From Candidatus Roizmanbacteria bacterium CG_4_9_14_0_2_um_filter_38_17 (GTDB taxonomy: Bacteria; Patescibacteriota; Microgenomatia; GCA-00278855), in contig PFSB01000026.1 of NCBI GenBank assembly GCA_002788855.1, positions 6,142 through 70,141 on the forward strand: 64,000 bases of DNA, written 5' to 3'. Positions 1 through 8,722 of this stretch are shown one piece after another; position 1 is the first letter of the stretch; every line of letters begins with the position of its first letter. The notes under the pieces are model-generated. The model was not told the DNA's origin. It saw only the letters and a program-made list of their open reading frames with translations, and did not search any database. The translations under genes and the position numbers were made by a program.

Positions 1-1
1 T

Positions 2-184
2 ATTATAGATTTCCTTATGGTGCCTATTCTTTCTGTAGGAAAAAGATTATCAAGTGATCTTTCTAAGATAAACGTAATTACATTTATCTTTGATTTCATT
101 CTTGAAGCTCCTTTTAAAGCAATCTTTGAGGTATTTGAAGAATGGTTTGGCTTTATGAAGTCAAAAAGAGAAGAGATAGCTTAG
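2..184 (+). CDS. 3'-terminal fragment of a gene entering from upstream (partial, function unknown)
   Basis: Frame is open from the window edge to TAG at 182-184. No recognisable family. Confidence 0.25.
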   Translation: MIDFLMVPILSVGKRLSSDLSKINVITFIFDFILEAPFKAIFEVFEEWFGFMKSKREEIA

Positions 185-187
185 AGA

Positions 188-1258
188 TTAAATAAACTGG
201 ATGATTGTTCCATCTTTAAGCTGGTGGAAAAGTCCCACTTTTTGACCTGGATATCTAGCTGCTGGTCCCCAAACACGAGCACCTGTTGTTGTCTCTACTA
301 GTTCTGAAGATAGTTTTATAACGGCTTCCCTAACTGTAATAGAAGAGGGGACTACCAAGGGATCTTCCATGTCCACCACGCCCTGGGGATTTCGTAGATA
401 AATACGAATAAGGTCCAGCTTATCCCAGATTGATTGGGTAAGCTTATCTAAGCCCTTTCCCTCAAGCGCACTGATTGCAAACACGTCTGAAGATAGATTA
501 AGTTTTTTGCCTTCCATTTTGTTAATAATCTTAATGGCGGGGACATAGACACGGTTACCAGCAAAAGCATCAATCAGTTGTTCTGGAGTAAGGTCTTCTT
601 TAATAGAGATCTGGGCATTAACAATTCGATAACTTCTGGCGATAGTTTTTATAGTATCTTGGTCCAGCAAGGTCAGGGTTGGTGAGTTTATCTGTATACC
701 ACCTCGATCCGTCTTTTTTACTACTAATTTAGGTGGGCTTTGATTAAGTCTTACTCCTGCATTTGCAAGCTCTATCTCCATATTGGGTAGCTCTCCTTTG
801 CGCTTAACATCAACCATAAGGATGATTAGATCTGCGATTCTAGCGACAGAAAGCACTTCTTTACCTCTACCTAATCCTTTGGCAGCCCCTGTGATAAGAC
901 CAGGAACATCAAGAATCTGAATTCTAGCTCCATTAATATTAAGCATACCTGGAATTACTTCCAGAGTTGTAAACTCATATTCAGCTACTTTGGAGTTAGC
1001 GTCGGTTAGCTGGTTTAAAAGAGTAGATTTTCCTACGGATGGGGGGCCAATTAATACAACTGTTGCATCTCCGTGCTTTGCCACAGCATAACCTCCGCCT
1101 CCTCCAGTAGCACTAAGCTTTAGTTGTCTTTCAATAATCTCACTTTTGAGCTGAGCAATACGCGCTCTAAGTTTTCCAATGTGATGTTCTGTCCCTTTGT
1201 GATAGGGTGTTTTTCTAATCTCTTCTTGGATTGCTTCAATTCTTGCTTGGTTATCCAT
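188..1258 (-). CDS. DRG-type GTPase (Obg/DRG superfamily) with C-terminal TGS domain
   Basis: P-loop GPPSVGKST and DVPG switch II are present. A poly-Gly insert (GGGGG) precedes the G domain. The N-terminal helix reads EHHIGKLRARIAQLKSE and the TGS-like C-terminus reads HQLKDGTIIQFI. The protein is collinear with archaeal/eukaryotic DRG proteins and lacks the bacterial Obg N-domain. Confidence 0.8.
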   Translation of the reverse strand: MDNQARIEAIQEEIRKTPYHKGTEHHIGKLRARIAQLKSEIIERQLKLSATGGGGGYAVAKHGDATVVLIGPPSVGKSTLLNQLTDANSKVAEYEFTTLEVIPGMLNINGARIQILDVPGLITGAAKGLGRGKEVLSVARIADLIILMVDVKRKGELPNMEIELANAGVRLNQSPPKLVVKKTDRGGIQINSPTLTLLDQDTIKTIARSYRIVNAQISIKEDLTPEQLIDAFAGNRVYVPAIKIINKMEGKKLNLSSDVFAISALEGKGLDKLTQSIWDKLDLIRIYLRNPQGVVDMEDPLVVPSSITVREAVIKLSSELVETTTGARVWGPAARYPGQKVGLFHQLKDGTIIQFI

Positions 1259-1305
1259 AAGCCCAATTATAACTTGCGCATTAGTTCTTGTATAATATAA
1301 TGGTA

Positions 1306-1382
1306 GCCTCAGTAGCTCAGTGGATTAGAGCACTGGTCTTCGGAACCAGGGGTCGGGGGTTCGAATCCCTCCTGGGGCACCA
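1306..1382 (+). tRNA. tRNA-Arg (anticodon TCG)
   Basis: Cloverleaf folds by hand. Acceptor GCCTCAG pairs with CTGGGGC. Anticodon loop is CTTCGGA, T-loop is GGTTCGAATCC, and CCA is encoded. Confidence 0.8.
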
Positions 1383-1393
1383 CGGAGTACCGC

Positions 1394-1465
1394 GGGTTGC
1401 TAGCTCAATGGTAGAGCAACTGGCTCTTAACCAGTAGGTTCAGGGTTCGAGCCCCTGGCAACCCA
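1394..1465 (+). tRNA. tRNA-Lys (anticodon CTT)
   Basis: Acceptor GGGTTGC pairs with GCAACCC. Anticodon loop is CTCTTAA, T-loop is GGTTCGAGC, and no CCA is encoded. Confidence 0.8.
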
Positions 1466-1496
1466 CATAAAGTTTTGGGCTTTTTCTGGCTCTAAT

Positions 1497-1520
1497 AAAA
1501 ATGGTGGCTGACCCCATTAT
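1497..1520 (+). repeat. Copy 1 of a conserved ~22-nt motif AAATGGTGGCTGACCC(C/T)ATT, downstream of tRNA-Lys and upstream of ORF 1561
   Basis: Near-identical direct copies occur at about 8678 and about 9617. Confidence 0.5.
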
Positions 1521-1560
1521 ACACTTGACACCCTCACCCCAGATATGACAGTATGAAGGG

Positions 1561-2190
1561 GTGAAAAAAGTGCTCATGGTGCTGGGGTTTATACCTCTTA
1601 CCACAGCTACTATAGCTATAAGCTTTGTGTTACTTATTAAACTGCCTAATATCCGTGAGGTAGATGTTTTGTTACGTCAACAAGCTCATATCTTTAATGA
1701 TACTTCCCCTAATTACCGAGTAGCAACATTTGTTCCACAGGTTTTAGGAAGCTTTACCGAAGCTATTGTGGCAGGGGATGCTAGACCAGTTATTATTCGT
1801 AATTATCTTGAAAGATATAATTCACCATTAGTACCCTATGCTGGTTTGTTTGTGAAAAAAGCTGATGAATATGGATTAGATAACTATTTGTTGCCAGTTG
1901 CTATCGCGCAGCAAGAATCAAATCTTGGCAAAGTGACTCCACCTAACTGTCACAACGCATGGGGATGGGGAATCCATAAGAGAGGAACGCTCTGCTTTGA
2001 ATCTTGGGAAGAGGGAATAGATACATATATTAAGGATTTTAGTTCAAATTATGGTGATATAACGGAAATTGAAGATGAAAATGAGATGCTACAGGTCTTG
2101 ATGGCAAAATATGCGCCCGTAAGCGTTGAGTCAGCTGGAGGTGCATGGGCAAATGGCGTGAGGCAGTTCTTACAGGATATAAGAGAGTAG
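1561..2190 (+). CDS. Secreted lysozyme-like peptidoglycan hydrolase (GH73 glucosaminidase / SLT-like), paralog A
   Basis: N-terminal hydrophobic signal or anchor. Motifs AIAQQESNLGK...NAWGWG resemble the ESGWG/NNLFG signature of glucosaminidase and lytic transglycosylase domains. Paralogous to the adjacent gene. Confidence 0.55.
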   Translation: MKKVLMVLGFIPLTTATIAISFVLLIKLPNIREVDVLLRQQAHIFNDTSPNYRVATFVPQVLGSFTEAIVAGDARPVIIRNYLERYNSPLVPYAGLFVKKADEYGLDNYLLPVAIAQQESNLGKVTPPNCHNAWGWGIHKRGTLCFESWEEGIDTYIKDFSSNYGDITEIEDENEMLQVLMAKYAPVSVESAGGAWANGVRQFLQDIRE

Positions 2191-2234
2191 TATTAGCACT
2201 TGACACCCGCAAGTGCTAGAAGTACAATATCTGG

Positions 2235-2813
2235 ATGTTAAAACAAGTTGTTGTTTTAGTGTCTATTTTAGCTGGGTTGCTTATGAGCCCCCAGAGGGTA
2301 AACGCAGCCTACAATCAGTGTGAGCTACAGTGTAAAGTGGCTGGCTCCTCAGCAGTGCTTAATACGAGCCCTGTTTTGATTGAAAAAGCTAATATATATA
2401 ATGATAGTAGAACAGTTATCTTAAGTAACTATCTAACTCAGTTTGGTTCCCCCTTATCCATGTATTCAGATATCTTTATACAGGTTGCAGATAAACATGA
2501 ACTTGACTGGAGACTGATTCCAGCCATAGCTGGTGCTGAATCTACTTTTGGTAAGCGTATCGCCTCGGACTCACATAATCCGTTTGGTTATGCTGGTGGA
2601 TACTTTAGCTTTGAGAGCTGGGAGAAAGCTATTGAGGTAGAAGCAGAGATGCTAGCTGTGAAGTATAGAGATAGCTGGGGATTAGTTACACCAGAGGAGG
2701 TTATGCCTATTTATGCACCGCCTTCTAAAACATGGGCAAGAAATGTCCGCTTTTTCATGAACGAAATAACTTTGTTTGAAAACAATGCCAACAAACTAGC
2801 CTTAAACCTCTAA
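2235..2813 (+). CDS. Secreted lysozyme-like peptidoglycan hydrolase, paralog B
   Basis: Signal peptide present. Motifs AIAGAESTFGK...NPFGYAGG and a conserved SNYL..F.SPL block are shared with the 1561..2190 gene. Confidence 0.55.
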   Translation: MLKQVVVLVSILAGLLMSPQRVNAAYNQCELQCKVAGSSAVLNTSPVLIEKANIYNDSRTVILSNYLTQFGSPLSMYSDIFIQVADKHELDWRLIPAIAGAESTFGKRIASDSHNPFGYAGGYFSFESWEKAIEVEAEMLAVKYRDSWGLVTPEEVMPIYAPPSKTWARNVRFFMNEITLFENNANKLALNL

Positions 2814-2857
2814 GATCTTTCCAAACTAAGCGCATTTAAAGTATAATTTAGCTATTA

Positions 2858-2938
2858 GCCAGAGTGGCGGAATGGTAGACGCGCACGGTTTAGGACCGTG
2901 TGGGGTAACCCGTGGAGGTTCGAGTCCTCTCTCTGGCA
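2858..2938 (+). tRNA. tRNA-Leu (anticodon TAG), type II with long variable arm
   Basis: Acceptor GCCAGAG pairs with CTCTGGC. Anticodon loop is TTTAGGA, the variable arm is long, and the T-loop is GGTTCGAGTCC. Confidence 0.8.
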
Positions 2939-2939
2939 C

Positions 2940-4019
2940 ATGTACAGATTTATCAAAAATCATAAGCTAACTACGCTAATCCTACTGGGGGTTGTTATTG
3001 TACTGAGTTATTACTTCTTTTTCCAGACTAAGACTAAAGGTGAAAGTGTTAAGCTGGGGGAGGTAAGTACCGAGAAACTATCTGAGGCAATAAGCGCTTC
3101 AGGAAGTGTTGATGCAGCAATTAAGGCTAAAGTTCGTTTTGCATCCTCTGGAAAACTATCATGGGTGGGGGTACAAGAAGGAGATGTAGTTAAAAAGTGG
3201 CAAGCATTAGCATCTCTGGATAAAGAGGAGCTACAAAAGAAATTAGAAAAAGAGCTTATTGATTATAAAAACGAGCGCTGGGATTTTGAACAGGGGAGAG
3301 AAGACTATGGTGTTGAGAAAGTACAAGACCAGACCTATCCAAATGTCTTGACCGATGAACTAAGGCGCATTTTGCAGAAAAATCAGTTTGACTTAGATAG
3401 TGTTGTGTTGGATGTTGAGATCCAGAATTTAGCTATAAAGTATGCAACAATTATTTCGCCAATTGATGGGTTGGTTGTAGAAATTGAGGAACCATTCGCG
3501 GGAGTAAATACTACCCCCGCTGGCGCAGAAATAACAGTTGTAGATCCAAAAAGTACCGAGTTTGTGGCTGAAGTAGATGAGGTTGATGTTAGTAAGATTA
3601 ATGTAGGCCAAGGCGCTATTATTACGCTTGATGCTTATCCAGATGAAGTGATTAAAGCTACTGTAAAAAGTATAGATTTTGTAAGTACCACAACGAAAGG
3701 TGGGGGCACGGCGTATTTGGTCAAGACCACATTACCAGAGAATATTGGAGTGAAGTTTAGAATAGGTATGAACGGAGATATTGAGTTTGTAGTTGAAGAC
3801 CTCAAAAGCGTATTGGTTGTGCCACAAAAATCTATCATAATTACTGATGATAATAAAACCTCTGTGTGGGTGGTAAAAGACGGTGTGGCCAAGCTAATAG
3901 AAGTAGAACTAGGAGCAGAAACAGCCGATTACGCGGAAATTATTTCTGGATTAAAAGAAGGAGAAAAGGTGGCAACAGAAGGGCAGGATGAACTAAAAGA
4001 AGGTAAGAATATCGAATGA
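2940..4019 (+). CDS. Efflux ABC periplasmic adaptor subunit (HlyD/MacA family membrane-fusion protein)
   Basis: N-terminal TM segment, coiled-coil region and beta-barrel/lipoyl-like segments. It is translationally coupled to the downstream ABC ATPase. The GTG-extended ORF from 2898 overlaps the tRNA, so ATG 2940 is preferred as start. Confidence 0.7.
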   Translation: MYRFIKNHKLTTLILLGVVIVLSYYFFFQTKTKGESVKLGEVSTEKLSEAISASGSVDAAIKAKVRFASSGKLSWVGVQEGDVVKKWQALASLDKEELQKKLEKELIDYKNERWDFEQGREDYGVEKVQDQTYPNVLTDELRRILQKNQFDLDSVVLDVEIQNLAIKYATIISPIDGLVVEIEEPFAGVNTTPAGAEITVVDPKSTEFVAEVDEVDVSKINVGQGAIITLDAYPDEVIKATVKSIDFVSTTTKGGGTAYLVKTTLPENIGVKFRIGMNGDIEFVVEDLKSVLVVPQKSIIITDDNKTSVWVVKDGVAKLIEVELGAETADYAEIISGLKEGEKVATEGQDELKEGKNIE

Positions 4020-4693
4020 AACCCCTATTAACGCTAAAAGATGTTTCCCGTACATACGAGCTTGGTGGAGTAGCTGTACATGCATTAAATAAGGTATCTA
4101 CTGAGCTAAAAGAAGGTGAGTTTGTGGCAATTATGGGTCCGTCTGGTTCCGGTAAGTCCACTCTAATGCATATAATTGGCCTCTTGGATACTCCAAGTAG
4201 CGGAGAATTACTTTATAAAGACAAAAGCATAAAAAACTTATCTGAAAATGATCGAGCTAAGCTACGCAATAAAGTTATAGGATTTGTATTTCAGCAGTTT
4301 AATCTCATAAAAAAAGTTTCGGCACTAGACAATGTAATACTACCCATAATCTACCGTCATGAACGCATAAAAAATTCTAAAAAAATTGGAGCAAGGTTAC
4401 TGACAAGGTTAGGATTGGGCAATAGACAAGATCATGCGCCTAATCAGCTATCTGGAGGACAGCAGCAGAGAGTGGCCATTGCTCGAGCATTAATCAATGA
4501 TCCAGAAATTATTCTAGCAGATGAACCCACGGGTAACTTGGATACCAAAACAGGAGATCAGATTATGCAGATTTTAAAGAATCTAAATAATGAAGGTAAA
4601 ACAATCGTCATGGTAACTCATGAAAGTGAAATAGCAAAATACGCTGATCGAATTATTAGAATCGTGGATGGGAAAATTATAGAAGATAAATGA
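4016..4693 (+). CDS. ABC transporter ATP-binding protein (MacB/LolD-type)
   Basis: Walker [13 protein letters not shown] signature [15 protein letters not shown], Walker B ILADEPT, and an H-loop. Confidence 0.85.
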   Translation: MKPLLTLKDVSRTYELGGVAVHALNKVSTELKEGEFVAIMGPSGSGKSTLMHIIGLLDTPSSGELLYKDKSIKNLSENDRAKLRNKVIGFVFQQFNLIKKVSALDNVILPIIYRHERIKNSKKIGARLLTRLGLGNRQDHAPNQLSGGQQQRVAIARALINDPEIILADEPTGNLDTKTGDQIMQILKNLNNEGKTIVMVTHESEIAKYADRIIRIVDGKIIEDK

Positions 4694-5895
4694 CATTATT
4701 AGACACATTTCAGGTGGCATTTCGCTCCTTGGCAATAAACAAGATGCGCTCAGGCTTAACTATGCTTGGAGTTATTATTGGTGTGGCATCAGTAATTCTT
4801 TTGGTATCAGTTGGCTCAGGATTACAGGCATTTGTCACAGATCAGTTTGATGAGCTGGGAACCGACTTATTAACGGTGTTTCCCGGTGAGCTAAAGTTCG
4901 GCGATACAGCAGGCAGAGAAGGTGGACCACCGGGATCAGCTAATAATAAGCTGACAAGAGAAATTGCAGAGCTTATAGAACGCAGGGCAGATTTAGTAGA
5001 AGGGGTAACTCCAGTTGCTACAACATATTCTGAAACTAAGTACTTAGGCAAAGAGAGGACGACGGGCATATTAGGTACAACCGTTAACTACATAGATATT
5101 AGAAAATCTCCAACAGACAAAGGTCGATTCTTTTCTAGACAAGAAGAGTCGGGTACTAAGCGAGTAGCAGTTCTCGGAGCAACCACAGTAAAAGAATTGT
5201 TTGGGAATAGAGATCCTATTGGAGAAGACCTTAAGATATCTGGGAAATCTTTCACTGTAATAGGTGTATTTGAGTCCAAAGGAGCAGCGTTTGGCAATGA
5301 CCAAGACGATCTTGTTGCAATACCATTGACAACTTTTGAGCGTGTATTTGACCTAGATAAGGTTAGCTATATTTATACCAAAGTTGGAGACGTAGAAAGG
5401 GTAGATCAAGCAAAAAGACAGATTGAGCGAATACTACTTACCCAGATGAACAATGAAGATGTATCTGTAATTGGGACGCAAGATTTGCTAGACACGGTTA
5501 CTTCAATCCTTGGAGTTATTACAGCAGGACTAGGTGGTATTGCTGCTATCTCTCTTGTAGTGGGAGGTATTGGAATTGCTAATATTATGCTAGTGTCGGT
5601 TACAGAGAGAATCCGGGAGATAGGAATCAGGAAAGCAGTGGGGGCTACCTCACGCGATATATTGCTTCAATTTCTAACTGAGGCCGCAACATTAAGTGTA
5701 ATTGGAGGTGTGGTGGGGATATTAATTGGCGTAGGTGGCTCTTTAATCTTGAATAACTTTGTCCAGACTGTAGTTCCAACCTGGTCTATTATTTTAGGAT
5801 TTACAATTTCAGCCTTGACTGGTATTGTTTCTGGGGTTGGTCCAGCAATAAAAGCTGCCCGCATGGATCCAATTGCTGCGCTTAGATTTGAATAG
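4690..5895 (+). CDS. ABC transporter permease, FtsX/MacB family
   Basis: N-terminal TM, a large periplasmic MacB_PCD-like domain, and a C-terminal FtsX-type three-TM bundle. It is coupled to the ATPase. Confidence 0.8.
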   Translation: MTLLDTFQVAFRSLAINKMRSGLTMLGVIIGVASVILLVSVGSGLQAFVTDQFDELGTDLLTVFPGELKFGDTAGREGGPPGSANNKLTREIAELIERRADLVEGVTPVATTYSETKYLGKERTTGILGTTVNYIDIRKSPTDKGRFFSRQEESGTKRVAVLGATTVKELFGNRDPIGEDLKISGKSFTVIGVFESKGAAFGNDQDDLVAIPLTTFERVFDLDKVSYIYTKVGDVERVDQAKRQIERILLTQMNNEDVSVIGTQDLLDTVTSILGVITAGLGGIAAISLVVGGIGIANIMLVSVTERIREIGIRKAVGATSRDILLQFLTEAATLSVIGGVVGILIGVGGSLILNNFVQTVVPTWSIILGFTISALTGIVSGVGPAIKAARMDPIAALRFE

Positions 5896-5919
5896 TAGAT
5901 TATGATATAATTCTCTATT

Positions 5920-6723
5920 ATGCAGACAGAGATAACTCGTCAAAAAGATGGTGCAATAGATATTTTGCTTACAATACTTTGGAAAGACGTTAAGATAAAG
6001 TATGATTCTGTAGTTGAGCAAGCAGTTAAGCACGTTGTTGTAAAAGGATTTCGAAAAGGTAAAGCACCTAAGAACTTGGCCGAACAGCAACTAGATTTAG
6101 AGCGCATGTGGCAACAAACGCTTGAAGAGTTACTACCTGTGTACTACGCTAAAATTGTCCAACAAGAAAAATTACAGCCAGTAATACAGCCACGCATTCA
6201 GCTCCAAAAAGCAGCTCCAGATAATGATTTAGTGGTAAAAATTACTACGGCTGAGAAACCGGTGCTTAAATTAGGTAAGTATAAAAAGGCAGTGACAATA
6301 CTCAAAAAAGCAAGTAAGGATAAGAAAGTTAGTTTAGATGAAATACTAGGAATAATTCTTAAGGAAGTTGAGTTAACTCTCCCTGTATTTATGATTGAAG
6401 AACAGACTAATAAAGAGTTATCTTCACTGATTGATCAGGCAAAGCAGGTTGGTATGACTATTGAAAAGTATGCTCAATCAAAAGGATTATCCATTGAGCA
6501 ACTTAAAGTGCAGAAAAAGCAAGAGGCAGAAAATACACTCAAACTAGAGTTTATACTTGAATCCATTGCTGACGAAGATAAAATTACAGTAGAAGATAAA
6601 GAAGTTGAGGACTTCTTTAAGGCTAGTAAAGAAAGCCTTTCAACTGAAGATCAAAACAGACAAAGATACTTCGTAACATCGCTCATTCGGCGCCGAAAGA
6701 CACTCCAGCATCTTCTTGATTAA
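5920..6723 (+). CDS. tig: Trigger factor-like chaperone (short form)
   Basis: Carries the trigger-factor ribosome-binding signature GFRKGKAPK near the N-terminus. At 267 aa it is shorter than canonical trigger factor and may lack the PPIase domain. Confidence 0.55.
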   Translation: MQTEITRQKDGAIDILLTILWKDVKIKYDSVVEQAVKHVVVKGFRKGKAPKNLAEQQLDLERMWQQTLEELLPVYYAKIVQQEKLQPVIQPRIQLQKAAPDNDLVVKITTAEKPVLKLGKYKKAVTILKKASKDKKVSLDEILGIILKEVELTLPVFMIEEQTNKELSSLIDQAKQVGMTIEKYAQSKGLSIEQLKVQKKQEAENTLKLEFILESIADEDKITVEDKEVEDFFKASKESLSTEDQNRQRYFVTSLIRRRKTLQHLLD

Positions 6724-6786
6724 GCGTTAAGATTGTGTTAAAATTCAGTTATTGAAGCCATAGCCTATAGTATGTAGATTTATTCT

Positions 6787-7347
6787 ATGATTAGTAGTAA
6801 CACGATTTTTGATAACAGTAAGAAAAAAAAGAACAACGCAGCAGCCGAGAGACTGCAAGCTCTTCGTGTTCGCATGGCTCAACAAAATAATCCAGAGTAT
6901 ATAGATAGTGATAGTGCATCTAGTCGCTTGCCAAGGCCAGAGAGTGCAGAAAGCACGAAAGTTACCCAGATTCAAACTAGAACTGAGTTTACAGTGTTTA
7001 GCAAATCTGAACACCAAGATAAAATCATAATTCAGCAGGAGATTATCTCTGTTCGTCAAGAGTTGACCCTTGCTATAGCAGAAATGAAAAAGCTGGGGCA
7101 GAGAACAACTGAATATGAAAAAGCAGTTCATGAGAATATAGCTGAACCAGATGTTTATCATTTAAACTTTTTTTCAAGATTAAGTAGTATGCTGATGGTG
7201 CTCCGTCAGAATATTCAAGAGAGTAACTCTTGGATGGATATGACGTTTGCTAAGAAAAGAGCAAAGGGTTACTGGAATAAGGCAAAAAAAGGTGGAACTA
7301 CTTTCACCCTCTCCCACGAGCGCAAAATGGCCACCCAAGCAGGATAA
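6787..7347 (+). CDS. Hypothetical charged, Ser-rich protein
   Basis: Open frame of 186 aa. The antisense ORF at 6745..7161 is Cys/Phe-rich junk. No recognisable family. Confidence 0.35.
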   Translation: MISSNTIFDNSKKKKNNAAAERLQALRVRMAQQNNPEYIDSDSASSRLPRPESAESTKVTQIQTRTEFTVFSKSEHQDKIIIQQEIISVRQELTLAIAEMKKLGQRTTEYEKAVHENIAEPDVYHLNFFSRLSSMLMVLRQNIQESNSWMDMTFAKKRAKGYWNKAKKGGTTFTLSHERKMATQAG

Positions 7348-7776
7348 TTATACATTCTGTTTGTAATATTCTTCTAGATCTAGCTTAGTTATATATGAGA
7401 GAGGCGTGGGTAGATTACCTAGGCTAAACCAGCCTATTTCATCACACTTATGTGGTTCCATAATCTTAGGCACTTGTGTCTTTTTTATCTTACCAGTATA
7501 TGTAGTAGGAATCCAGTGCTGTTTTTCATCTACGAGAATCTCGTCAACAGTATGAAGAATACTATCTATTATAATATCTATATTAAACTCCTCTTTAATT
7601 TCTCTTAAAATAGCCTGTGCTCTGGTTTCACCAAACTCTATCATACCTCCCGGTACTTCCCAGTGACCCTTAGCGTTTCTGGCTAGTTGTGAGCGCTCAT
7701 TAAGAAACAGTTCTCCTTTATGGTTGAATATAAGAGCACCAACTGATACTCCTATATGATCTACTCCAGGTTTCAC
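7348..7776 (-). CDS. NUDIX hydrolase
   Basis: Nudix box GGMIEFGETRAQAILREIKEEFNI matches GX5EX7REUXEEXGU. Confidence 0.8.
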   Translation of the reverse strand: MKPGVDHIGVSVGALIFNHKGELFLNERSQLARNAKGHWEVPGGMIEFGETRAQAILREIKEEFNIDIIIDSILHTVDEILVDEKQHWIPTTYTGKIKKTQVPKIMEPHKCDEIGWFSLGNLPTPLSYITKLDLEEYYKQNV

Positions 7777-7834
7777 AGGTATATTATACAGGTTTATCTC
7801 ATAACTATCTAAAACCTCTGTTTAATAATATGTT

Positions 7835-8530
7835 ATGATAAGTATCATAGGTACTATGAGAGGAAAATCGGATACTAGAATTAAATCTGAGAGATTAAGA
7901 AAAGAGCATGGACTGTCTTATAAGGAAATATCTGAAAAGACAGGTGTAAGCAAAGGGACATTGTCTAATTGGTTGAAAGGGATTGAGCTGAATATAAATC
8001 AGCAAGATCGACTAAATCAAATGCTAGTTGCTAATCGATCATCATTTGCAGCTAGAGCTTGGCCAATTAATAAAGAGAGGCATAGACTAGCAAGGGAGAA
8101 TGCGTATCGGGAAGGAGTAAAAATAAACCAATCGCTTCCGAGTAATAAGTCTGTTGACGAGCTTGCATTAGCTATGCTGTATTTAGGTGAGGGCGCTAAA
8201 TCATATAACAGAGTACAGCTGGCTAGTACAGACTATGGAATACTTAGATACTTTATTAGATCTCTGATTAACTTGTATGATATTGATAGAGACCGGCTTG
8301 TTCTAAATTTAAACATTGTTATAACCGCCAAAAAATATGAAGAAAAGTATATTGATTGGTGGCAAGATAAATTAGGATACTCTGACATTAGATTTGGAAA
8401 AACACAATTTGATAAGCGTTCAAAAAGAGAACATATTACACATAACTATCACGGTGTATGCACTGCTAATTATTGCGATACCTACTTGCAGCAAAGGATA
8501 TTAGGTTTAGCCTATACTTACATTAAATGA
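7835..8530 (+). CDS. HTH-domain protein with possible degenerate LAGLIDADG-like C-terminal domain
   Basis: N-terminal helix-turn-helix YKEISEKTGVSKGTLSNWLKG. The C-terminal segment LAMLYLGEGAKS...ILRYFIRSLINLY is weakly reminiscent of a single LAGLIDADG motif. It lies immediately upstream of tRNA-Val. Confidence 0.45.
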   Translation: MISIIGTMRGKSDTRIKSERLRKEHGLSYKEISEKTGVSKGTLSNWLKGIELNINQQDRLNQMLVANRSSFAARAWPINKERHRLARENAYREGVKINQSLPSNKSVDELALAMLYLGEGAKSYNRVQLASTDYGILRYFIRSLINLYDIDRDRLVLNLNIVITAKKYEEKYIDWWQDKLGYSDIRFGKTQFDKRSKREHITHNYHGVCTANYCDTYLQQRILGLAYTYIK

Positions 8531-8573
8531 CGTTGCTTTTTCTGTATCATATTTGTGCTAAAATTAGCCTCAG

Positions 8574-8650
8574 GACCGGTTAGCTCATTTGGTTAGAGCG
8601 CTACTTTGACATAGTAGAGGTGAAAGGTTCGAATCCTTTACCGGTCACCA
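8574..8650 (+). tRNA. tRNA-Val (anticodon GAC)
   Basis: Acceptor GACCGGT pairs with ACCGGTC. Anticodon loop is TTGACAT, T-loop is GGTTCGAATCC, and CCA is encoded. Confidence 0.8.
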
Positions 8651-8677
8651 AAAAAGAAATCTGTGTTATTTGGTAGT

Positions 8678-8703
8678 GTAAATGGTGGCTGACCCTATTT
8701 CCC
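8678..8703 (+). repeat. Copy 2 of motif GTAAATGGTGGCTGACCCTATTT, about 28 nt downstream of tRNA-Val
   Basis: Direct repeat of the copies at about 1497 and about 9617. Confidence 0.5.
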
Positions 8704-8722
8704 TAAAAGTTCGTAATGAAAT

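Noticed and set aside
3429-4161. Antisense ORFs 3429..3611, 3635..3892 and 3940..4161 inside the HlyD-like gene, and similar antisense ORFs inside gyrB, gyrA, PBP1A and the pilins
   Set aside because: They lie fully inside well-supported genes on the opposite strand and have Cys/Phe/Ser-rich compositions typical of reverse-frame artefacts.
6745-7161. ORF on the minus strand (138 aa)
   Set aside because: It overlaps the more plausible + strand ORF 6787..7347 and has a junk-like composition.
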